The notes: generated from the letters alone by a model not told the origin. A stretch of DNA of 35,466 bases from Phoronis australis (GCA_002633005.1 NMRA01000311.1:461297-496762), one strand, 5' to 3'. Positions 10,907 through 21,966 are shown, numbered from the stretch's first letter. Made by a program: numbers and translations.

Positions 10907-12173
10907 GCGTCGAACAGCGATAAAGCAGTTGACATAGTCTGATTTATGGAGAAGGCAAGGGGCCGACTTTCAAGCAAGTCATAAATGGGACGCCGTTTTA
11001 GAACAATCTCGTAAATGTCTGTCGTTGGATATTGTAGTCGGACCTTGGTGATATCCTAAATACGTCTGTGTCTTGCTGGGACTGAATTATTCTGTTCTAT
11101 GAATGAGTTCAATTGTTGGTTTTGAACCACGTGTCTGCGTCTTGATCACCAGCGTTTATCCAAATGCATGCATGTACACTGCTACAGTGTGTAAATATAA
11201 CGCAATAGAACAAAACATAAGAATGCCTAAGATATAAAATTTACAAATATGCTGTATTATTAACCACTTTCACGAGTACGAGAAGGAAGGAACATTTTAT
11301 TGATTTTATTAACTCGTAGTATTTTCATAAATGAAAAATACAAATAGGTTAGCAGAAAAGGCGAACATTTTCTTCGTAGTTTATATTAGTATAGGACTAG
11401 GGATTTGAAGATATTCTTATGTATAAAGTTGCCGATGAATGGCAAAATGTTATCTTGAAACCAATATTTTGTAAAGTGTCGTGTCTCAACATACATTTTA
11501 TGGAACGTTTTTAAAATACGGGTAAGGTCAATAACATAGTTGGTTCTGGTCTCTGATTTTTTTTTGAAAATCGAATCAGTTGTGCGCTATTTAAGTCTCT
11601 CACGATTTTCAAAAAAGAAAATCTCCCTGAGAAGAGCAAACTTATATAGGATTTGTTTTCTTTTATTTTCACCCATCGATTGACAAATCACAGCGTATTT
11701 TACAACCTGGTTACTTTTGTTTTTGTGCCTTTGAGTAACTTTTTTATTAATAAAGCAGAGAGCAGTTCTCAAAATGAGTCGGAATGAGACCTGAAGTGAC
11801 TTTGCTTTATTGATCAAATCAAGCTGCAGCCTTCTTGGAGGTTGCCTCATGATATTATCGCAATTTAAACCGCTTATTGTGTAACTCAGTATCTTGTTTG
11901 CTATTATTTAACTTGATTATGTAGCATTTCAACTCTCACAGCATTAGTAGGCCATAATTTCACGGGTAATGAATATTTTTGTGCAAATTTGAGGAAATAT
12001 CCGATATAAGCAACCAGAAAATACTGAAATGTAAATTGTTACTGGACTATATTATATCTAATAGTTAGTGCAGTTTAGAGAGTCAACATATGCGTTTTGT
12101 CATACGGATATATTTCGGTACATGGTGCAAGACATAGTGTGTTGTTTCATTCTCAAATTATCTTTAAAATCTA

Positions 12174-12179
12174 AATAAA
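12174..12179 (+). terminator. Candidate polyadenylation signal AATAAA of the 2-TM gene (alternative at 11749-11754)
   Basis: Canonical hexamer at the end of a ~1.3 kb AT-rich region after the stop. Which site is used cannot be determined from sequence. Confidence 0.3.
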
Positions 12180-13609
12180 ATATGATTTAAATGAACCTCC
12201 ATGTTCCAATGCACAATACAAAAAAAAAAAAATAATAATAAAATCGTTAGCTTACGAGCATGTGTAGCTTCTGGCCAGGTGAGTATAGAGACAACGGAAA
12301 TTACAGACAGGGCATGCGCGAATTGGTGCAAGGGAATAAAAAAGAGAATAGGAAAAAGGGAAGATAAACTGGAAAGTAAATATAATGATATATGTGCTTC
12401 AATTCCGTAATAAGACCATTGAAAATGTAATATTTTTCAAATTAAATTGATTATGAAGATTGAGTTTGGGTTTTAACTGCATTGCCTATGTACCACGCGT
12501 CGATAGGATCAGCATTTTTAAGTCTCTGCAGAAAACATACGTTCACAGAATCATTTGTTGGGAAAATTTCGTACCTGAAAAATAAATTTTGTTGAACGCA
12601 CATCAATGTTCAAGATGAATAAAGCTTTCCAGCGCTTTCTGGCCTCAACTCTTATCATTGTACAGTGGGTTTTTTGTAATAAACGTTATTTATTGAAACA
12701 AAGTCAACGAACAAAATTCTTTCGACCACTCTGTATGGCTTTGGCGATCGCAAAAGTTTACAGACGTATGTTTTACGAAAGAAACGTGGCCTGGCTGGTG
12801 CCTTGTTGCTACGTGGTTAAGGTGCGAGGACACGGCTGATCACAAAACAGGCGGGTGGGAATATGATTAACCTAAGGTTCGCTGAGAGAGGCAGCGCTCG
12901 TCAGTTCAGAAATGGTTTTATTCCTCTGACTCTAAGTCATGGTTTATATATTGATAAATAGTGCGCAAAAATGCATCAGGATGCGTGATTCAAAATTATA
13001 CAAGAAACAATAGGAATAACTCTTGCAACTGTTCTGTGAATGACCACTACGTCATCCAGTTACTACAGAGATAAACAAAACATATGTGGATGACCGGAAG
13101 GGCCATCGAATTACTCACAGCAACTGACAGCCAAAGAAGGTAGAGTTAATTGGCTTTTTTTCTTAATGAACTCATTCTCGGCGTAAGCCATGTTTCATCG
13201 AAAACAAAATTATCAGTGAAAAACTGAAATGCACTGTCTGCCATATTCGTCCGGATAACTTCAACGTTCTCTCTTGTGACATTGTTTAGAGCTGGTGTAC
13301 ATTAAAGAAGTGGCAGTTCGTCATTGCGCGAAATCACTCTCAATAATTTGTCGTAATGGGGGTAAGTTTATACCGCCATCATGCCATCAACCAGTAACGC
13401 AGTGTTGGCTCTTCACAAAAGCCTACAAATCATCTCTAATCCACGCAAGGAGTACATGTAAGTTGAAACCAGTTTAATAACCGTATGTAAAAATGAATCG
13501 AAAGTGTCTTTTTGACAAAAAGCGAGTTCAAGGAAGCTTCAACCAATCAAAATGCGCCCCGTGCAGTCCAATGCCACAAACACCGTGTCCTTGCATCATA
13601 ACGGCGACC

Positions 13610-13800
13610 CAGGCCCTTAACCCGAAAACGTTTAACGCTTGGATTAAAGCCCCAAATTTGGTACACTGGTATTTTTGACACGCTGAATCTCATGGGGTCG
13701 GTTGCCCAAATTTTGAGGTCAAGGCCAAGGTCAAATCTCGAAAAACAAAATGGCCGCCTAGAACACGCTTGAGAGATGATAACATGGACATTTTAAGACT
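13610..13800. mobile_element. Probable non-autonomous DNA-transposon fragment
   Basis: Contains CCAAATTTGGTACAC, repeated AGGTCAA and AAAATGGCCGCC motifs typical of invertebrate interspersed repeats. AAAATGGCCGCC also occurs at ~19274. Ends are not defined. Confidence 0.4.
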
Positions 13801-16756
13801 AGGTAATCTAATGATACTAGAAATGTATCAAAGTGACATTGTAACATTTTTTCCTCGTAGTGTTAAGACACTCCAGAAATTGAATGCCAAATTCGATCAC
13901 GTGCGGCTGAGGTTGCCGTGCGCATGAGTGGCAGTTTTTTGTATTCGTTTGTTCCGGAGTCGGTTTTTTGACATGAAATATAGTAAGATTTTTTTTTATT
14001 CCAAACGAAGTGAGTTTTGAGATGTTATCACCGAAAACTTCTTCCATTAACCAAATTTCATTTACATTTTTGGAATATTTTGCACCCCGGTCCCCAAACA
14101 TTGTCAAACGAAGTATCACCTGCTTGCGATTCGAGAAGCCGATCCTAAGTACCACCGTTGCATAGCTGGTAGGCGTAACGTAAAGCCATCTAAAATTATC
14201 GCAATGGTTTCGAAAGTTTATCATTTCCTTATAATCAAGCTCCACCTGAGGTCAAATACGATGCTAAAAATCATGTGCTTGGGGCAAATAATAAATTAGA
14301 TGTATTTTTAACACTAGGCTAAAGGGAAAAGTAAGAGATTTTAGAATTTGGATCCCTCACAGCTGATGTGAAGAATGTCGTCAGTTACATACAACTGTAT
14401 ACATCAATTGCACTTTTGGTGCCGTTTGGTATCACTGCATCCTTCAGTAAAAATTCAGGATACAATGACATTTACTAGAATGTTATGTAACAGTTACTTC
14501 AACTACCTATGGGGAATTTGCAGATAGTGGTTTTCTGAAAGATGAAAAACGGGCAAACATCTATTGTGTAGCTTTGACATACACTGTTAGATAGCTAATT
14601 ACTTTGGTTGCAGTTTAAGACTTTCTATAGACATTTAGTAACAAACTCATTTCTTCAAAAAGTAAAAATCAGTGCTCCTGATACATGTACATGTAGCGTT
14701 AACAAGAGGCACTGAAACACATTTATACAATTGATATGTTACTAAAGAAATCGAACTGTGGAAAAGAACAAAGAGACAATGTTATTTGGAACACTTGTCA
14801 CATAGTTGCATTCAAGTACGTAAAACGTTGCTATGCAGGAAATCTGGATTCAAAGTGGGGCACCTGGGACTATGTCAAAACGCAAGGATGAAATGTTTGC
14901 CACAACACACAAAAAACGTCCCGACAGGTTGTTTTGTCGAACCAGAGATTACGGCAAATTGCAGGCACCCAAAACTCCGAAAAACGTTCCATTTTTGTCT
15001 ATTTATGGAACGGAAAAATAGGGCTCTGTTGCGTGGGAAACCATAATAGTTTATAGTAATATGCCAACTCCACAGTTCGTCAAAAGGTTCAATATTTTGA
15101 TGGTGTAGCGGGAAGGCGGGAAAATGAAAAAGTGGGACACGAGTCCGCCAAGAGAGGAACGGTTGGCAAGTACCAGGTAAACGCAAATGAAATCATATAG
15201 AAACAAAACAATAATAATATATACATTCATAAATACAAAACAACTATAATAATGATAATATTTTCCTGCATAATTGCACACCTACTTAGCTACGCAAACT
15301 AATGCACGTCTTTTAGAAGGGCCTAAACTTGTCTTTTGTAATTGCAGAACAGACATTCAGTAACCAAATGTCATTTCTTTCCGTAAAATACTACAACATG
15401 ACTTTAAAGTCCAAAACTGTCTTGTTGAAAAACTCTAAACAGGCAATTTAATAGTTTGTCGAAAATGAATCTAAGACTGGAGATGAAAATAAATCAGAGG
15501 CCAAGGGGTTAGTGCGTATAAAAAATGACCGGTGTAAGTGAAAGGTTATTTTGCGGACAAAACGGTGGTTTGCTGGAGCCGTACCTCAAGAGTCTCGCTT
15601 GATGATTCCATTATGAACAAAACATGACAAAATGAAAACAGAGCAATAAAAGTTGGCTCGATTTGATAATTGCAACACACTCGATCAAAACTCAATCGAG
15701 CGGACAACCGGAAATTCACTGCGCAAACTCTCGCAGCCAATTCCGCAAAATCTCGGGATCGCAAGCTCTAATACTAGTTAAGAATGCGTGGGTCACATGC
15801 GGGAGCTGGTATTCCCTTCTTAAAGTTGTATTGGCTTGATTAAGCCCAGTTGAGGACAGCCGCGAGTATCTAATATTGTTCCGCGATGTTTATCCAGTCT
15901 AGGGCAGAGTTCCGTAGACTACACGTATGTTTCTTGGGACAAAGGCGAGATCACGCAAGACCACGCTAGTGAAAGGTGTTTCGTGAGTATGCAAGAGAAC
16001 TTACTTGCGTAGCACAGCAAAACGAGAGCCACTGACGTGATAGGTCGATGGTTTAGGTATGTTTAGTTTTTGGATAGAGTTAATATTTTATAAGATATAT
16101 ATACTATTTCTGTTCCACACTAGGGCCTAAAATGAAGACAACGGAATGGGTTCTAGTTTGACGGCAGTTTTGTGGACTAAGTGGAAAGTGATCTCCACGG
16201 ATCGTTGTTGATAGTTTTTTGAAGTTATTTTAAGTAAATCGATTCCAGAAATTTGACCTATACAGTTGTCTACCCGGATACAGAATTGCCGCCATTTTCA
16301 GGGCACAACCTTTTTCAGTGTTGAATTTGTGGCGCGAATCTGGTACCCTTAAGACAATTGAAAATTGTCAAAAATCTAGTGCATTGTAGGTAATGACATA
16401 CCTTTCTATAAAAAAAGCATTCAGATCATGGTCTCCTCTCTTGCACCAAGGCTGTCGTGATTTTGTGATTTTAAGTACAAAAGGGCTAACATTTCACTTT
16501 TTGATCATTTTTTGCATCTCAATTGTTTGAGGAACGTAGCATGGTAAAAGATATGGCTTGTTGTATTTTTGAGAAACCAAATAGAGTGCACTTGCTATCT
16601 GTTATGCCATTTTTCAGGAAACTTGAGACAGTTATGCAAACAAGGGCTTTCACTGACTCAGACTACTCGAACTGTGGTCTTCGCTCAGACTAAGAGTTCT
16701 CGTCGGGAGTCATGCTTGTACTCAGTCTACTGATCGCAGTTGGTTGACGCTTACTG

Positions 16757-17019
16757 TTAGTCGGATACACGCATTAGAAAGCAATCGCTTGTCTTTCTGG
16801 AGTAAACCACGTGATCACAACAAGCATTCCTGGAACATGTGATTAGGCAAGCGAGATTTGAAGCGACATCACCAATAATGAGGAACGACAAAGTTTCGGA
16901 CGGAATACTATCCGTGACCCGGAAAATGGATGTATTATCTTGCTTTGAGAACCTTTCGGTGTCAACGTCTGCTACAAGTGTATTGTTGACTGGAGTGCCA
17001 CTTAAATAGACGCAGGAGT
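16757..17019 (-). CDS. Terminal exon with PAN/Apple-like Cys module (lectin gene copy 1)
   Basis: Acceptor ttcttttttcCAG| (phase 1). Translates to SCVYLSGTPVNNTLVADVDTERFSKQDNTSIFRVTDSIPSETLSFLIIGDVASNLACLITCSRNACCDHVVYSRKTSDCFLMRVSD*. The C-x3-C-x5-C-x4-Y-x6-C-x-L pattern is PAN-like. The frame is conserved with the paralog, with an in-frame indel only. Confidence 0.7.
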
Positions 17020-17400
17020 CTGGAAAAAAGAACGTTTGTGCAACAGCTAGCAACATTTCACTGAATTGCTTTTCGTGCAAGCAATAAGACGCAGCTTGGG
17101 CAAGAAAATATACTCCGTTCTTTGAGTTTAGAACCAAAATAAAAATCGCATTTCCGTCGCAGAGAGAAAGGTTTCTTTCGCAGAGAAAAGAATCGCACTT
17201 TCTAACTCAGAGATGAAATATTAGTTAAGGTACAAACCTCAAAGTAGTTCTGTTCTTCAAAAGTCATAAAATGCATTTTCAAAAAACATTTTAACAGGAT
17301 CATTAAAACGTTTTTGAAATCACACACCATTGCGTTTAAACGCGACAAGAACGGTACGAGACAAAAAAAAAATAGTTACAGTGGAGTTCACCACATACAT

Positions 17401-17564
17401 ATAGAATATTACACGGCGAAGTCGTTATCTTCCGTAATCTAGAGCCCGAATGGACTTTGGAAAATTATCTCCCGAGGGGCGTTAGCCACAAGGGCTATAA
17501 TTCTACAAAATCCACGAGGACTATAGATAAAGGGGATAACGACTTAGAACATGTAATATTCTAT
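17401..17564. mobile_element. Palindromic (foldback) MITE-like element of about 165 bp
   Basis: ATAGAATATTACA pairs with TGTAATATTCTAT. Inner pairs are AAGTCGTTATC/GATAACGACTT, TGGAC-TTTG/CAAAATCCA and AATTAT/ATAATT, centred on GGC-GTTA-GCC. Confidence 0.75.
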
Positions 17565-17869
17565 TTAAACCACATACTGAATGGTGAACATTGCTATGAA
17601 TCGATTTACCTTTCTCAACTCACTTCGGCTTTTGTACTACTTTCTATGTCAGAGGCCTGATGTGGAAGGTCATAAACTTTCAGGAAACGCCGAGTTTTTC
17701 TTGTTAAATGATGTTTTTACTTAAAACCAAATAAAAATTGAAACAAAATAGAACTAAAATGAGTTTGTAATTTTTTACGCAACTAGTCTAGCTTACTACG
17801 TATCTTATGCTGAGCTCCCACCGTGAAAGTATCGTCTGCTAAAGTAGGCTACCAATGGTTAATGAGTTT

Positions 17870-18921
17870 AATGTCCAAGATGAGCCTGAAGTCTGAAACC
17901 AGAACCAAAAGAGGACTTGGGATCAGGAGAAGAGTAACAGGAAGTACCAAGACGCCTCAAAACTGGAGAAGCTTTCTTCGAGATGATAGCAATAATACTG
18001 AACTATTGAATTTCCTCGCAGAGAAAACGCGTGACACTGAGACAACGAGCACCATCATCGTGACAAAGGGGGATAATGTCATCAGCAACAGAGTGAGGTC
18101 CCTGGATGCCGTGGCCCCATGCTCCCATGAGGAAGCTGACACCAGAGTGTTTGTACATGCAAGGGACGCGTCCTCACAAGGTAGCAAGTCCATTATCATC
18201 AAAGCGAACGACACTGATGTTCTCGTCATAACAGTGTCGACCATGCCATTCTTACAACACCATGGGCTAGAACACTTGCGGATAGCCTATGGACAAGGAG
18301 CCAGTGGATTCCTGTTCACGAGGTAGTTTCTTCAGTAGGGCCGGAGAAAGTCAGCGATATCCTTTTCTTCCATGCTTTCCCAGGCTGTGATGTGGTTTCA
18401 GGTTTTCGTGGCAAAGGAAAAAATCTGCATGGCTGACATGGGATGTGTGTGATGATGTTACTGAAACCTTAAAGAAACTCAGCTACTCTCAGGGAGAAAT
18501 TTCAGACGATGACCTGCAGAATCTAGAGAACTTCGTTGTCTTAATGTATGACAGATCCAGTGCAGCTAGTGGTGTCAACGAGACAAGGTTGGATCTCTTT
18601 GCCCGCAAGCAGAGGACTTATGATGCGATTCCACCAACCAGAGATGCCTTGAGGGAGCATGTCAAACATGCTGCCTACCAAAGTGGGATTATCTGGAGCC
18701 AGGTGACTGTCTCAAACCCACAAACCAGCACTCCAGCTGACTGGGTTTGGATTCAAGGTGAAGAGTTATGGAAAAAACACTGGACAACCCTTCCACCAAT
18801 AGCTGCATGCTGCCAGGAATTTAACAAATGTTGCTGCAAGAAAGACTGCACCCGAAGGTGCAAATGTTTCCGAGCAGGACTTTCTTGTACCGCTTTGTGT
18901 AGCTGTGTATGTGACCAGTAA
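17870..18921 (+). pseudogene. Frameshifted 3' part of a transposon-borne protein: FEN1/XPG-like (PIN-fold + H3TH) nuclease motifs followed by a C-terminal CXC (tesmin-like) Cys cluster
   Basis: Three frames join into one protein: SLKSETRTKRG...CSHEEADTRVFVHA...ANDTDVLVI / QWIPVHEV...LFFHAFPGCDVVSGFRGKGK / SAWLTW...IPPTRDALREHVKHAAYQSGIIW...CCCKKDCTRRCKCFRAGLSCTALCSCVC*. Frameshifts lie near 18300 and 18422. The region is intronless, 5'-truncated and absent from the paralogous intron. Confidence 0.8.
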
Positions 18922-19403
18922 CGTCGTTGTGAACGAATTCAGAAAAGGAATGAATAATAGACAATAGATTCTGAACAATATATTATTGTGTGTTGTTATT
19001 TTAGCATTGATGTGATGTTCATGTTCGACTAAGAATGTGATTTATGATTCCGTTCATTTATTTTGTATTTGATTTTAATAAAATGCATTTTGATGTTGTA
19101 ATATTTTGTTTATTTTGTTATTAGTTGCCCATATGGTGTTAAGATGCTTATGAAAATATCAAAAATGAATTTAGCATATCCAATTTGACAACAAGTTCAC
19201 GAAAATCGGTTGGGCATAGACAGATTTATGAGGAAAAGAATTACCCGCAAGCACCACATGGCGGCTACTTTGAAAAATGGCCGCCATGTTGGATTTTTAG
19301 GTGGCTTGTCGGGCAAATCTATTGAGTATTCCTTAGAAAGTCACCATGCCAGTTTTGGAGCTTGTATCACCAAATGCATGATTTTTCTACTATCTGCCCA
19401 GCT
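18922..19403 (+). mobile_element. 3' UTR and putative right terminus of the nuclease/CXC transposon
   Basis: T-rich UTR with AATAAA at 19077-19082, then an imperfect hairpin CATGGCGGC...GCCGCCATG (19257-19288) and a terminal-like segment ending ...TATCTGCCCAGCT. The left TIR is not in the window. Confidence 0.45.
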
Positions 19404-19584
19404 TTCAAAGCATCCCGACCACACGTTAAGGGCATTCAAACTGGAGATCGATGATTTACAAGTAAGAGACAGTGACAGATAAATTATACTGAATTAAAGA
19501 TGTCGTTTTTATTGAAATTATGCGTATAAATGTGATTGTTGCGGGTGCCCTTTAAGTATTTTGTTTTCACGTTCGATGACGTCA

Positions 19585-19775
19585 GCCGCTAAGTGGTGCA
19601 GTGATGAAGTCGACGGCCCGAAACTCTTGCGGACCGGGTTCGAAACCTGTCTCGGTTTCCCGCCAAATTGTTAAATAACTAAATGGGTTATTTAACGGTT
19701 GTGTGGGCCTTCGTTCGAATACTTATGCATGCCACAAATCTCGATATAATAACCACTGGTACAAACACGTACGTT
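19585..19775 (+). mobile_element. tRNA-derived SINE (Pol III A and B boxes)
   Basis: A box TGGTGCAGTGA (19594-19604) and B box GGTTCGAAACC (19637-19647) at tRNA-like spacing, but no complete cloverleaf. Absent from the paralogous intron. The 3' boundary is approximate. Confidence 0.65.
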
Positions 19776-19998
19776 AGTCACTGGAGCTGGATTGTTGTTG
19801 CGCCATTGTACCTAGAAACGTGATTATGCGTCATGTTCCAAGCTTAAGCGTTAAAAGGTCGTAGAAATTACCTTAACCAACCCTTTTCAGGTTGCAAACG
19901 TACATAAGCAGGTCAAGTCAGTTACACCTTCTCGTAACAGAATTTTAAAGACACAACAACTTTTAAAAAGATTCCTTATCTGGCCATTGAAAACCTAC

Positions 19999-20091
19999 CA
20001 GGACATTCACGAACATTACATGTACATGCCAGTGTCTGCGTAGTATTTCCAGTATAATTAGTGCCCCCCATTAGCCGGGCTGGGGTTGGTT
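19999..20091 (-). pseudogene. Disabled 3' half of the TSP1 exon (lectin gene copy 1)
   Basis: Aligns to 30884..30967 (TNPSPANGG/TNYTGNTTQTLACTCNVRECP). It has an extra base at the G run (~20063-20069, frameshift), a Cys->Tyr change and a 6-bp insertion, and lacks the 5' half and acceptor. The donor G|GTAGG is retained. Confidence 0.85.
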
Positions 20092-20673
20092 AGTGCTGCA
20101 GTGGGACGGACAGAGTAATCAAACTTATTCTACTAGTTGTAAACGTAGAAATGTGAATTGAAGCAAGAAACAACAAAAAACAAACAAGTACACAAGCAAT
20201 TAAAAAACTACATACTCGCACGCATCGGCCTATATCAGCAAAAACGTACATAAATTCAAGCAAAAGAAAAACAAGTTCATACTTATACAATCAAGTTTTG
20301 TTAAACACGACGTTCCTTTGTTTTCAGTGGCAGTAGTAGGTACGCGATCGAAAGGGCAACCTGATCTCGCGTCAGGCGACAGTTGAGGTAAATGCAAAAT
20401 GTGACCCAATCTTATTCTATGAGGAAAGCACAGTCAATATTACAGGCTTCGTATTCAAACCACATAACGAGAAGATATTGAGTAAAATTGCTCATTACTT
20501 CATCTCTCATGAACATCTCAGAGAAGATCCATGAGATGTTGAGATGACGCGGAAAACATCCGGCCAATAACCGCTCAAATTACTGAGAAACAAGTAGAAC
20601 GTCGAGTTTAACTTAACTTGTATCAAAGTAAATTATTTGCTGACAAGACAGAAAAATAAACATATGCGCTTAC

Positions 20674-20716
20674 GCATAACGTCGACGTCGTCTTCATCAT
20701 CGTAAGCATAGGTTTC
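20674..20716 (-). CDS. Candidate 43-nt acidic linker microexon (ETYAYDDEDDVDVM)
   Basis: Acceptor tacttgTAG| (phase 0) and donor C|GTAAGC (phase 1). This is the 0->1 phase conversion needed between the CTL exon and the TSP1/PAN exons. Confidence 0.45.
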
Positions 20717-20761
20717 CTACAAGTACATAATGTAGTAAGTACAGATGTAAATACATTGTGT

Positions 20762-20970
20762 ATAAACAAACAGACCCATAGGCATACACACATACATACA
20801 TACAATTATACATGCATACATACATACATACATGGATATATACATACATGCATACATACAAACATACATACCTACCTACAAACATACAGACAGACAAACA
20901 CACAGACAGACAAACAAACACAAGTGAAGACAGACAGGCCGACATATACACGTACAATACATACATACAT
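20762..20970. repeat. Compound degenerate tetranucleotide microsatellite (CATA)n/(CAGA)n/(CAAA)n
   Basis: Direct reading. It explains five low-complexity ORFs. Confidence 0.9.
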
Positions 20971-21740
20971 GTCTCCGGGCCTCTCTTTTTATGAGAACAC
21001 ACAAAACCGACAACTTACCCAGTAGAGTCTCCACGATGATGTAATAAAAACAAGATTTCACGCAAAGAATCGCACCTTTACATAAAGTCAACAAATCAAA
21101 ATGCACATAACTGTTACGATCATACGGAGACTACCATGTTTTGGTGTAGAAGATTGATCATGATAATTAACTTCTCTGTAAGGCTACTACATGTATGACA
21201 GTGAAGGCCTGCATGTGTGTTAATATGAAAGACGCGCGAGTAATTATACTTCACTGCAATAAAAATTTCGAATACCGATAACATTTCATTGCTTCAGGCT
21301 TACTATTTATAACGTCTGGACCAAAACATGGCACATTTTCTTGTAGTTGAACGAGCTATGTGTTTCAGAGAGACAAGTGGCCTCGTACAAAACCCCCCGT
21401 CACACCAATCCTAACTTTCATCGGCGCTGTCCGCCAAACCATAACAAATTAACTAAGCGTACACGGAAAGGAGGGGAATTTTTGTCGCTATAATACTATA
21501 AGCTGAAGTTCAATTTCGCTGTAAGGTGGTGTCAGTTTTGTGCCGCCCATCCTTTCGCAAAGACATTCGTCGAGAGTTTTGAACTTATGAATAGTTTCTC
21601 GACTAATTTGTGTTCGTTTAATGGATTTCTTATAGTTTGAGGGTGCTTTTGTAAAGATTGTGCAACAGTATACCGATTCAAATTCGTTTTTTGTCTCCTG
21701 AAATGGTACCCAAATCTAACTCGGTGTGACTGCACCTTAC

Positions 21741-21966
21741 CGGTGACAGATCCTGGCATATAGACGTATAGGATTCCGTGCACGGTCTGTCAAACCACTC
21801 ATGCAATCGAGAAGAGTCAAGAGACACACAATTTTCGCGGCTGGTACCGCCGTTCGGCTGAGCAGGGCTCATGGCCCAGGCGAAGAAGGTGGCCGTTCGT
21901 CCATCGACGGTCTTCCACGTCCCTTCTGAACCCTCGTCGGTTAACCCTATCCAGTAGTAACCATAA
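21741..21966 (-). CDS. C-type lectin domain, C-terminal exon
   Basis: Acceptor ctcttacgttaCAG| (phase 2). Translates to YGYYWIGLTDEGSEGTWKTVDGRTATFFAWAMSPAQPNGGTSRENCVSLDSSRLHEWFDRPCTESYTSICQDLSP, with the WIGL, EG.W, QPN, ENC, W.D..C and IC hallmarks. Donor CCG|GTAAGG (phase 0). Confidence 0.92.

Larger units (their letters stand above)
16355..20089. repeat. Segmental duplication copy 1 (paralogous to 29574..30967), interrupted by a ~2.4 kb insertion
   Basis: Colinear shared blocks: GGTAATGACATA, ATGGTCTCCTCTCTT, ACTCGAACTGTGGTCTT, GTCGGATACACGCATTAGAAAGCA, GCGTCATGTTCCAAGCTTAA, CCAGGACATTCA. Segment ~17390..19778 is absent from copy 2. Confidence 0.9.

Noticed and set aside
12800-12865. 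Possible tRNA/SINE head (GTGGTTAAGG)
   Set aside because: No acceptable B box or cloverleaf.
15105-15172. hAT-like terminus (GGTTGGCAAGTA)
   Set aside because: No matching opposite TIR or TSD was found.
19585-19665. Functional tRNA gene
   Set aside because: A and B boxes are present, but the acceptor and anticodon stems do not pair convincingly and there is no poly-T terminator. A SINE fits better.
20623-21106. Cluster of ORFs rich in V/C/M/Y or H/T/Y
   Set aside because: These are translations of the (CATA)n/(CAGA)n microsatellite.
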